NCBI GenBank assembly: GCA_049860595.1
Contig: CP187551.1
Strand: one strand, 5' to 3'
DNA from: Methanocaldococcus sp. 16A
GTDB lineage: Archaea; AGJL01; Methanococci; Methanococcales; Methanocaldococcaceae
DNA length: 64,000 nt
How positions within the stretch are numbered: position 1 is the first letter of the stretch; each line of letters opens with the position of its first letter. A program made the position numbers and the translations under genes. Under the pieces are notes generated by a model that was not told the origin of the DNA, did no database searches, and was given only the letters and a program-made list of their open reading frames with translations. Of this stretch, positions 55,826-64,000 are shown in pieces.

Positions 55826-56131
55826 ATGCAAAGAGCAAGAATTAAGTTATCAAGTACAGACCACAAAGTTTTAGATGAAATTTGTAGACAAATAAAAGAG
55901 ATTGCTGAAAAAACAGGAGTAGATATTTCAGGACCTATACCATTACCAACAAAGGTATTAAGAGTTGTTACAAGAAAGAGTCCTGATGGAGAGGGTTCAT
56001 CAACATTTGACAGATGGACAATGAAAATCCACAAAAGATTAATTGACATTGATGCAGATGAGAGAGCTTTAAGACACATTATGAAAATTAGAATCCCAGA
56101 CAATGTTCAAATAGAGATACAGTTTAAATAA
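55826..56131 (+). CDS. rps10: 30S ribosomal protein S10
   Basis: GPIPLPT, RKSP, HKRLIDI motifs. Confidence 0.97.
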   Translation: MQRARIKLSSTDHKVLDEICRQIKEIAEKTGVDISGPIPLPTKVLRVVTRKSPDGEGSSTFDRWTMKIHKRLIDIDADERALRHIMKIRIPDNVQIEIQFK

Positions 56132-56175
56132 AATAGTGTGACTATTTTTATAAAGTAAATTTTCATAGGCAAAAA

Positions 56176-56206
56176 CGTTGCAATCTGAACAGTGAGGATT
56201 GCAACG
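56176..56206 (+). other. 10-bp hairpin capped by a K-loop-like motif between convergent rps10 and engB
   Basis: CGTTGCAATC-TGAACAGTGAG-GATTGCAACG followed by a T-tract. Confidence 0.6.
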
Positions 56207-56232
56207 AATTATTTTTTTATTTTTTAATTTTG

Positions 56233-56880
56233 TTATTTAATCCCTCTTAATTTTTTGAACAACCTAACTCTCTCAAGAATCTTTTTCTTTATCTCTTCAA
56301 TTCCTTTACCTTCTTTCAATATAGCTGGAACTATAAATTTCCACTGATGCCATGGTGGCTGACATTTTAGATATTCACAGATACCATCTAAAACTTCATC
56401 CCATTCATCTTTTTTTATCTTATCCATTTTATTTGCCACTAAAATTGGACTTATTTTCAAATCAGTTATAAAGTCAAACATCTCTAAATCAATTGGAATT
56501 TCCCCTCTTTCTTTCCATCTCTCAACAATTTCAAAAAATGCCTTTGCATCTATAATTTGAACTGCTGCAGCTATTTCATCAGCATGGTTTTCTATGTAAT
56601 GAACAATCTCATCTTTAATCTTTTCTTGAACTTTTCTTGGCAACCCTGCCATATAACCAAAACCTGGCATATCTACCAAAATATACTCACCCATATCATA
56701 TTCATTAATTTTTAAAGTAACTCCTGGTTTTTTTCCTACTCTAATATCTTTTCTCCCAGTCATTAATCTAACAAAAGTGGATTTACCAACATTACTTCTA
56801 CCAACAACTACAACTTTTGGTTTAGCCCTTTTTTCATCATATTTTTCTTTTAAATTTTTGTATCTCTCAAAAAAGTCCAT
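56233..56880 (-). CDS. engB: GTP-binding protein EngB/YihA
   Basis: [23 protein letters not shown] motifs. Confidence 0.92.
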   Translation of the reverse strand: MDFFERYKNLKEKYDEKRAKPKVVVVGRSNVGKSTFVRLMTGRKDIRVGKKPGVTLKINEYDMGEYILVDMPGFGYMAGLPRKVQEKIKDEIVHYIENHADEIAAAVQIIDAKAFFEIVERWKERGEIPIDLEMFDFITDLKISPILVANKMDKIKKDEWDEVLDGICEYLKCQPPWHQWKFIVPAILKEGKGIEEIKKKILERVRLFKKLRGIK

Positions 56881-56959
56881 GATTATCACATAACACTATT
56901 TTTTATTTTTTAAATTTTTAAAGCAAAAAGAGTAAAATAAATTATTATAATTAATTTAA

Positions 56960-57253
56960 TTAATATCTATCCTGTGGAGTTCTAACTTCTTCAATAATCT
57001 TTTTACCAGCAACAACTTCATCTATACTGTGAATAGTCCCTCCCAAGCTTTCAACAATTTTCTGTATTTCATCGAAATCTAAATTATTCCCTTCAATTGT
57101 TACTTTAACATTTTCTGTCTCTTTATCTATCTCATAAACTGTAATATTAACCCCATCAATATTTGATAATGATGTTAATTTTAACGCCATATCTGTTATT
57201 TTTGGTTCATGCGGCTTTAGTATATCTAAAACAATTCTTCTAATGCCGTTCAA
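56960..57253 (-). CDS. DUF211 family protein
   Basis: [22 protein letters not shown] motifs. Confidence 0.85.
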   Translation of the reverse strand: MNGIRRIVLDILKPHEPKITDMALKLTSLSNIDGVNITVYEIDKETENVKVTIEGNNLDFDEIQKIVESLGGTIHSIDEVVAGKKIIEEVRTPQDRY

Positions 57254-57423
57254 TTTTATCCCTCTAAATCTTTTTAGTTAATATTTTATTTTCATTGAAT
57301 TATTTAAGGTTATTGTTAATATATCTTTATTTATGGATTTATGGAATATTAAGTATCAAATGATAAGATATTAATAACACTTAAGATAAATTATAATTGT
57401 TAAAATCTTAATGGAGGGAAACT

Positions 57424-58329
57424 ATGGAAATAAATGGGGTATATATTGAAGACACATTTGCAGAAGCATTCCCAATATGGGTGTCAAGAGTTTTAATAAC
57501 AGCTGCTACAAAGAAATGGGCTAAGATTGCAGCTACAGAAGCTACTGGTTTTGGATGCTCTGTTATAATGTGTCCAGCAGAGGCAGGAATTGAAAAATAT
57601 GTCCCACCATCAGAAACACCAGACGGAAGACCAGGATATATAATACAGATATGCCACCCTAAGAAGTCAGAATTAGAGCACCAAATGTTAGAAAGATTAG
57701 GACAGTGTGTATTGACCTGCCCAACAACCGCTATTTTTGATGCAATGGGAGATAAAGCTGATGAGCAATTAAAAGTTGGATTTAAGTTGAAGTTTTTCGG
57801 AGACGGTTATGAGAAGAAAGATGAATTATATGGAAGAAAAGTTTATAAAGTTCCAATTATGGGAGGAGAATTTATAACTGAGGCTAAGTTTGGAATTAAG
57901 AAAGGTGTTGCAGGAGGAAACTTCTTTATAATGGCAGATACAAATGCTTCTGCTTTAATTGCTGCTGAAGCGGCTGTTGATGCAATATCAAATGTTGAAG
58001 GTGTTATAACCCCATTCCCAGGAGGAGTTGTAGCTTCAGGAAGTAAAGTTGGAGCAAGCAATCCAAAATACAAGTTTATGGTAGCTACAACAAACCACAA
58101 AATGTGTCCAACATTGAAAGGAGTTGTTGAAGATTCAGAAGTTCCAGAAGATGTAAATGGAGTTTATGAGATAGTTATTGATGGAACTGATGAAGAAGCA
58201 GTTAAAGAGGCAATGAAACAAGGTATTTTAGCAGCTACAAAAGTTCCAGGAGTTAAGAAAATTACTGCTGGAAACTATGGAGGTAAGTTGGGTAAATATC
58301 AAATTAACTTAAGAGAATTATTTGAATAA
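57424..58329 (+). CDS. ftr: Formylmethanofuran--H4MPT N-formyltransferase
   Basis: [31 protein letters not shown] motifs. Confidence 0.97.
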   Translation: MEINGVYIEDTFAEAFPIWVSRVLITAATKKWAKIAATEATGFGCSVIMCPAEAGIEKYVPPSETPDGRPGYIIQICHPKKSELEHQMLERLGQCVLTCPTTAIFDAMGDKADEQLKVGFKLKFFGDGYEKKDELYGRKVYKVPIMGGEFITEAKFGIKKGVAGGNFFIMADTNASALIAAEAAVDAISNVEGVITPFPGGVVASGSKVGASNPKYKFMVATTNHKMCPTLKGVVEDSEVPEDVNGVYEIVIDGTDEEAVKEAMKQGILAATKVPGVKKITAGNYGGKLGKYQINLRELFE

Positions 58330-58345
58330 ATTTTCATTTTTGGTT

Positions 58346-58646
58346 ATTTTAAATAGGACTTTCGCAGAAATAACTAATAACAATGAACTTTGATGCCAGA
58401 GGTATCTAATAACGGTTTGAATGCAGAAAATAATATAACTTATTGACTTAATTGAAGCCAGTGGCTTCAAAACTACCTTAGTATATATAAAGTGCATTCA
58501 AACCGTTATACCTTATTTAATATATAAACTGCGAAAGTCCTATTAATTCCTTTTTTATTATATTAAATTTATAAACAAAATTTAAATAGTTGATGATTTA
58601 AAACTAAATAAATAGCTTTATTCCTTGCGAAAGTCCTATTTAAAAT
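58346..58646. mobile_element. Family A element (58354-58542) containing a family C element (58409-58509), plus a second A right TIR
   Basis: A TIRs; C perfect 17-bp TIR ATAACGGTTTGAATGCA; 21-bp perfect inverted repeat 58346-58366/58626-58646. Confidence 0.88.
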
Positions 58647-58675
58647 CTTAATAAAACCATTAGGAGGTTTTTGGT

Positions 58676-59350
58676 TTGAAGCCAAAATATGCATTAAGAA
58701 AGGATATGATTGGAGAATTTACACTAAATAAATCTTTTAATACCTATAGAGGTAAGGTTTTAAAAGCTGATTTTAACGGACCTATAGAAGGCATAGTAAT
58801 GAAAAACAAAAAAGAGCAAATATATTTTTATCCTCTTTTAGCTTTGCACATGGTTAAACCTATGAATTGTGTACCCATAAATGTTATTCCAAAAACATCT
58901 CTCCCTACAAATCCAAAAAATGTACATATTAAAGAGGCATTATCGAGAATTGTTGGTAGAACTTTGAAAGTCTATTATGAGTCTCCAAAAACATCTTATT
59001 TGGGAAGATTGTTAGGTTTTACAAGAGGAATTTTCTCATGGACTTTAGTTTTAGAGATACATGGAGAGGTAGTTTTATTGTTTAATCCAGATTATATTGT
59101 CTATTATGGAACAACGTGGAAGTTTTTAAAAAATAATCCTCCATACAAACCACCAAGATTGATGAATGTTACAAAAACAGCTAACTATTTAAAGAGATGT
59201 CTATTAGAAGATGTAATTATAGAGCCAGAATATCCAAGAATAAATATTGAAAATAAGGTTTTTGTTTATCCTTATGGGGTAGTTTCTAAGGATGATTATT
59301 TAGGAAAAACAGTTGAAGACATATTAAAAGAAAAAGAGTTCTTAATTTAA
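58676..59350 (+). CDS. Hypothetical protein, possible Sm/LSm-like domain
   Basis: GGAGG RBS with TTG start; central segment resembles Sm1/Sm2 motifs. Confidence 0.7.
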   Translation: MKPKYALRKDMIGEFTLNKSFNTYRGKVLKADFNGPIEGIVMKNKKEQIYFYPLLALHMVKPMNCVPINVIPKTSLPTNPKNVHIKEALSRIVGRTLKVYYESPKTSYLGRLLGFTRGIFSWTLVLEIHGEVVLLFNPDYIVYYGTTWKFLKNNPPYKPPRLMNVTKTANYLKRCLLEDVIIEPEYPRINIENKVFVYPYGVVSKDDYLGKTVEDILKEKEFLI

Positions 59351-59622
59351 AGATAATTAAAAGATAATTGATAAAATCTATTTTTAACAGTTAAAGATTT
59401 TAAAAATTTTAAAATTTTCTTTTTTGTTAGTATCTTTCTAATTTAATCAAAAATGGTTTATAATGCTCTATTTTTTTATATAAAAGCTCAAAAAATTTTA
59501 ATTTATTTCAACACCGAAGAGTTTATATATGAGTAATCATTATTTACACTAAAAAATTCTATCACTGTTATATATACTCGTTCATAAATTGAGAAAAACA
59601 TGCGTTTTTGGAGGTGCATTGG

Positions 59623-60120
59623 ATGAATGCTGAAATAAACCCTCTTCATGCTTATTTTAAACTACCAAATACTGTTTCTTTAGTAGCAGGTAGTAGTGAA
59701 GGAGAAACTCCACTAAATGCTTTTGATGGAGCTTTGTTAGATGCAGGTATAGGGAATGTTAATTTAATTAGAATAAGTAGTATAATGCCTCCAGGAGCTG
59801 AGATTGTACCTCTTCCTAAATTACCAATGGGAGCTTTAGTTCCAACAGCTTATGGTTATATTATCAGTGATGTCCCAGGAGAAACAATAGCAGCAGCAAT
59901 AAGTATTGCTATTCCAAAAGATAAGAGCTTATGTGGTTTAATTATGGAATATGAAGGAAAATGTTCAAAAAAAGAGGCTGAAAAAACAGTTAGAGAGATG
60001 GCAAAAATAGGATTTGAAATGAGAGGCTGGGAATTAGATAGGATTGAATCAATTGCTACTGAACATACAGTAGAAAAACTTGGATGTGCGTTTGCTGCAG
60101 CTGCATTGTGGTATAAATAA
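59623..60120 (+). CDS. pdaD: Pyruvoyl-dependent arginine decarboxylase
   Basis: [21 protein letters not shown]|SIMP self-cleavage site. Confidence 0.95.
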   Translation: MNAEINPLHAYFKLPNTVSLVAGSSEGETPLNAFDGALLDAGIGNVNLIRISSIMPPGAEIVPLPKLPMGALVPTAYGYIISDVPGETIAAAISIAIPKDKSLCGLIMEYEGKCSKKEAEKTVREMAKIGFEMRGWELDRIESIATEHTVEKLGCAFAAAALWYK

Positions 60121-60283
60121 GTAAATTAAAATGATTAAAATAAAATCCAAAAATTTAAAACAATACTAAACAATTAAATATGATTAAAATTAATAATTAT
60201 TTGAAGTAAATAATTTAAAGATAATTTTGTTTTAAATTTTTTTGTCTAATTATTGTTTTAATATTGTTTGGGAGGTGAAAAAC

Positions 60284-60655
60284 ATGTTAGAATATTTAGG
60301 AAAACACTTAATATTAGAGTTATGGGGGTGTGACCCAAAAGCATTAGATGACGTTGAAGGGATAGAGAAGATGTTGGTAGATAGTGTAAAGGCATGTGGA
60401 GCAACATTAATCTGTGTAAAAACTCACAAGTTTTCTCCTCAAGGAGCTACAGGAGTAGCTGTTTTAGCAGAAAGCCATATATCAATCCATACCTGGCCCG
60501 AACTTGGATATGCGGCTATGGATATATTTACATGTGGAGCTCATGTTGAACCTGCAAAAGCAATACCAGTTATTAAAGAGTTTTTAAAACCAAAGCATAT
60601 TGAGATTTTAGATTTAAAGAGAGGAATAAGACTAAATGAAGGTGATGTTGAGTGA
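60284..60655 (+). CDS. speH: S-adenosylmethionine decarboxylase proenzyme
   Basis: HKFSPQG, LAE|[16 protein letters not shown] motifs. Confidence 0.94.
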   Translation: MLEYLGKHLILELWGCDPKALDDVEGIEKMLVDSVKACGATLICVKTHKFSPQGATGVAVLAESHISIHTWPELGYAAMDIFTCGAHVEPAKAIPVIKEFLKPKHIEILDLKRGIRLNEGDVE

Positions 60656-61533
60656 ATCAAAACAACAATTTTAAATGTCATATATGGTTTACGGAGTATC
60701 ATAACAACAATGTAGCTTTGTCCGTTAGAGTTAAGGATATCTTATATATGGACAAATCTGAATTCCAAGAAATAGAGATTATCGACACCTATGACTTTGG
60801 AAAGGTTTTAGTCTTAGATAACACTTTTCAAACAACAGAGAGAGATGAATTTATATATCATGAGTTAATTGCTCATATACCTCTTTTCACACATCCAAAT
60901 CCAAAGAATGTTTTAGTTATTGGAGGAGGAGATGGAGGAACTGTTAGAGAGGTAGTTAAGCACAAATCAGTAGAAACTGTGGATTTTGTTGAGTTAGATA
61001 GAAAAGTTATTGAAGCTTGTAAAAAACATATGCCAAAACTAAGTTGCGAAATTGATAATGAAAAGGTTAATTTGATAATAACAGATGGAATTAAATATGT
61101 TGCTGAAACTGACAAAAAGTATGATGTAATTATCGTTGATTGCCCAGACCCTGTTGGACCTGCTAAGGGGTTATTTGAGAAAGAGTTTTATAAAAATGTA
61201 TTTAAATGTCTAAAAGATGATGGAGTTATGGTTCAGCAGTCAGAAAGCCCATTGTACAACTTGGATTTAATACAAAATATCTGTAGATATTTAAAAGATG
61301 CAGGATTTAAGATAATTATGCCTTATACTTATCCAATGCCAACATATCCAAGTGGATTCTGGAGCTTTACATTAGCATCTAAAAAATACAACCCATTAGA
61401 AGTTGATGAAGTAAGAATAAAAGAAGCTTTAAAAGATATGGAAACTAAGTACTATGATGAAGAAGTTCATAAGGGAATATTCCTAGCCTCTCCAAAATTT
61501 TTAAAAGATGCGGTAAAAAAAGCTATTGAATAA
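60652..61533 (+). CDS. speE: Polyamine aminopropyltransferase
   Basis: DEFIYHE, IGGGDGG, YDVIIVD.PDP motifs. Confidence 0.95.
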   Translation: MNQNNNFKCHIWFTEYHNNNVALSVRVKDILYMDKSEFQEIEIIDTYDFGKVLVLDNTFQTTERDEFIYHELIAHIPLFTHPNPKNVLVIGGGDGGTVREVVKHKSVETVDFVELDRKVIEACKKHMPKLSCEIDNEKVNLIITDGIKYVAETDKKYDVIIVDCPDPVGPAKGLFEKEFYKNVFKCLKDDGVMVQQSESPLYNLDLIQNICRYLKDAGFKIIMPYTYPMPTYPSGFWSFTLASKKYNPLEVDEVRIKEALKDMETKYYDEEVHKGIFLASPKFLKDAVKKAIE

Positions 61534-61558
61534 ATTATCTCTTTTAACTTTAATATTA

Positions 61559-61651
61559 TAGACCTTTTCGTAGAATAAAAATTTTTATTGAATATAAACA
61601 CCTAAAGGTATCAAAGTTATCCATATTTTATATTAAGCTGAGAAAGTCCTA
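61559..61651. mobile_element. Family A MITE-like element (degenerate) with TATTA direct flanks
   Basis: TAGACCTTTTCGTAG...CTGAGAAAGTCCTA; TATTA at 61554-58 and 61652-56. Confidence 0.72.
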
Positions 61652-61671
61652 TATTAATACAGGGTGGTTGA

Positions 61672-62526
61672 ATGAAACATTATTTTGTTGATTCATCTAA
61701 ATTTATAATGGCAAATAACTCATTTGAAGAAGCTGATGGAGTTATATTTTCAATACCTTATGATGAAACTACTTCCTTCAAGCCAGGAACAAGGGAAGGA
61801 GGAAATGCTATAAGAATGGCATCATGGGGTTTGGAAACATATAGTCCTATCTTAAATAGAGATTTGTCAGAGTTAAGATATTGTGATTTAAAAGATTTAG
61901 ATTTGTATGGAAGCCAAATGGAAATATTTAACACAATACATCATGTCTCAAGAGAAATATTAAAAAAAGATAAAAAAATAATTATTTTTGGCGGAGAGCA
62001 TTCTATAACTTATCCAATAATTAAAGCTGTAAAAGATATCTATGATGATTTTATTGTCATCCAATTCGATGCCCACTGTGATTTAAGAGATGAGTATTTG
62101 GGAAATAAATTATCTCATGCTTGCGTTATGAGGAGAGTTTATGAATTGACTAAAGATATATTTCAATTTGGTATTAGAAGTGGAGATAAAGAAGAGTGGG
62201 ATTTTGCAAAGAAAAACAATCTCTATTTAAAAATGGATTTGATGAATGAGGAGGATTTAGAATATATAAAGAGTTTAGATAAACCGATATACGTAACTAT
62301 AGATATTGATGTATTAGACCCTGCCTATGCCCCAGGAACTGGAACTCCAGAACCTTGTGGTTTTTCAACAAGAGAGCTCTTTAACTCCATATATTTATTA
62401 AAAGATGTTAAGGATAGAATTATTGGATTTGATATTGTTGAAGTTTCACCAATTTATGATATTGCTAATATTACAGCAATAACAGCGGCAAAAATAGCGA
62501 GAGAGCTTATGTTAATGATTTTATAG
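61672..62526 (+). CDS. speB: Agmatinase (ureohydrolase)
   Basis: GGEHS, DAHCD, DIDVLDP, PGTGTP motifs. Confidence 0.94.
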   Translation: MKHYFVDSSKFIMANNSFEEADGVIFSIPYDETTSFKPGTREGGNAIRMASWGLETYSPILNRDLSELRYCDLKDLDLYGSQMEIFNTIHHVSREILKKDKKIIIFGGEHSITYPIIKAVKDIYDDFIVIQFDAHCDLRDEYLGNKLSHACVMRRVYELTKDIFQFGIRSGDKEEWDFAKKNNLYLKMDLMNEEDLEYIKSLDKPIYVTIDIDVLDPAYAPGTGTPEPCGFSTRELFNSIYLLKDVKDRIIGFDIVEVSPIYDIANITAITAAKIARELMLMIL

Positions 62527-62537
62527 GCACTTTTGAA

Positions 62538-62727
62538 TAGAACTTTCGCAGATATATATTTAATAAATAAGGGAAATATGAGGCCTTTGGCATCAATAAC
62601 AGTCTGAATGCATTTTTTATGTTTATAATGGTAATTTTGAAGCCAAAGGTTTCATATATTCCATAATAGACATTATCCCAGCATTCAAACAGTTATACCT
62701 TAAAAATTTATTCCTGCGAAAGTCATA
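62538..62727. mobile_element. Family A element containing a family C element (62596-62696)
   Basis: TAGAACTTTCGCAG...CTGCGAAAGTCATA; inner ATAACAGTCTGAATGC...GCATTCAAACAGTTAT with TGAAGCC-AAA-GGTTTCA hairpin. Confidence 0.85.
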
Positions 62728-62917
62728 TTGAGCATAAGTGTGAAAAATATTTTATGGTTATTTTTAAAAAATTTATCATTATTTTTCATTATTTTTGTGA
62801 AAACGCTTTTTTTGTAATTTAAATTTTTTATGCTTTGTAATTAAATCGAAAAGTATATATACTTGGGAATACAATATATAGTTCGTAGGACATACACAAC
62901 CATTCACGGGTGAGAGC

Positions 62918-63622
62918 ATGGAAGTTAATGAAATAAGAGAATATGGAAAAAAATTAATGGAATTAATGATGTTAGACAAACCATTTGTTGCTGTAAAATT
63001 AGCAAAATCAAAAGATGAAATTCCAGAAGGTTATGAAGAATTGGCAGAAGAAAAAAGACACTGTGAAATGATTCAAATTGCAAGATTAGAAAGGAAGAAA
63101 ATATATGCGACATTAGATAAACATCTCTGTAAGGGAGGGGCTTATGCAATTGGTGTCTTTAGAAACCCACCAGAACCATTGGCAACAGGAAAATTATATG
63201 TCAAATTAGGAAACTTTAAGGATGAAGAAGCTGCTAAAAAAACCGTTGAAGCTATACCAAGAGTTGAAGATGAGATTTATGCATCTGTTTATGCCCCATT
63301 AGATGAAGCTGATTTCGTCCCAGATTCAATAGTATTCATTGGAGAGCCATTGTATGCGTTAAGATTAGTTCAGGCAATGCTCTACCACAAAGGTGGAAGA
63401 TTCCAAGCAGATTTCTCAGGAATTCAGTCATTATGTGCTGATGCAGTTGCAGCAGTTTATACAAGAAAAGCACCTAACATGACATTAGGTTGTAACGGTT
63501 CAAGAAAATATGCAGGTATACAGCCAGGAGAAGTTGTTGTGGCCTTCCCACCAGAAAAATTGAAAGATATTGTCGAAGCAATTGAACACTTCAGACAAGT
63601 ATGGACATGTGATAGCCACTAA
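62918..63622 (+). CDS. DUF169 family protein
   Basis: HCEMI, CKGGA..IG, QSLCAD, TLGCNGSR motifs. Confidence 0.82.
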   Translation: MEVNEIREYGKKLMELMMLDKPFVAVKLAKSKDEIPEGYEELAEEKRHCEMIQIARLERKKIYATLDKHLCKGGAYAIGVFRNPPEPLATGKLYVKLGNFKDEEAAKKTVEAIPRVEDEIYASVYAPLDEADFVPDSIVFIGEPLYALRLVQAMLYHKGGRFQADFSGIQSLCADAVAAVYTRKAPNMTLGCNGSRKYAGIQPGEVVVAFPPEKLKDIVEAIEHFRQVWTCDSH

Positions 63623-63741
63623 ATTAAATAAATAAGTTTTTAAATTTCTAATACCTTCTAATTTTTTAAGGGAAAACTATTTATAAAAATTTTAGCAGAA
63701 ATAATCTACGTAATTAATTATTAAAATTTTGGGGGTTAAAT

Positions 63742-63999
63742 ATGTCAAAAGTAAAAATTGAACTCTTTACATCACCAATGTGTCCTCACTGTCCTGCAGC
63801 TAAAAGAGTTGTTGAAGAAGTAGCTAACGAAATGCCTGATGCTGTTGAAGTAGAATATATAAATGTTATGGAAAACCCACAAAAAGCTATGGAATATGGA
63901 ATAATGGCAGTACCAACAATAGTAATAAATGGAGAAGTTGAGTTTATTGGGGCTCCTACAAAAGAGGCATTAGTTGAAGCAATTAAGAAAAGGTTATAA
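63742..63999 (+). CDS. trx: Thioredoxin
   Basis: CPHC active site, VPT cis-Pro motif. Confidence 0.93.
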   Translation: MSKVKIELFTSPMCPHCPAAKRVVEEVANEMPDAVEVEYINVMENPQKAMEYGIMAVPTIVINGEVEFIGAPTKEALVEAIKKRL

Positions 64000-64000
64000 T

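Overview
AT-rich archaeal chromosome window from a Methanocaldococcus-like hyperthermophilic methanogen. From ~15.6 kb onward the gene order follows what I recall of M. jannaschii MJ1016-MJ1048 and then MJ0324-MJ0307. The first 15.5 kb is a chemotaxis island: cheC, cheY, cheF, cheW, cheB, cheA, cheD, three MCPs and three orphan coiled-coil genes. It includes an MCP fused to a C-terminal rhodanese domain, a NarX/PilJ-type MCP and a CheA with a His-less pseudo-Hpt. The rest is housekeeping: serA, carA, arcS, thiC, ehbN, top6B, corA, mtd, trpBA, the RNA polymerase operon (intein in rpoA''), the str operon, ftr and a polyamine cluster. Non-coding signals found by reading the sequence: (i) three families (A, B, C) of ~85-115 bp palindromic MITE-like elements that share an internal core but have different terminal inverted repeats, nest inside each other and show compensatory substitutions; (ii) a GC-rich triple-hairpin cassette bracketed by 21-bp direct repeats between rpoH and rpoB''; (iii) a canonical C/D-box sRNA after rpoA''; (iv) a K-loop hairpin after rps10; (v) a frameshifted ZIP transporter. 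No tRNA, rRNA, CRISPR array or transposase was seen. Homology calls are from motif recognition and memory, not from database searches.
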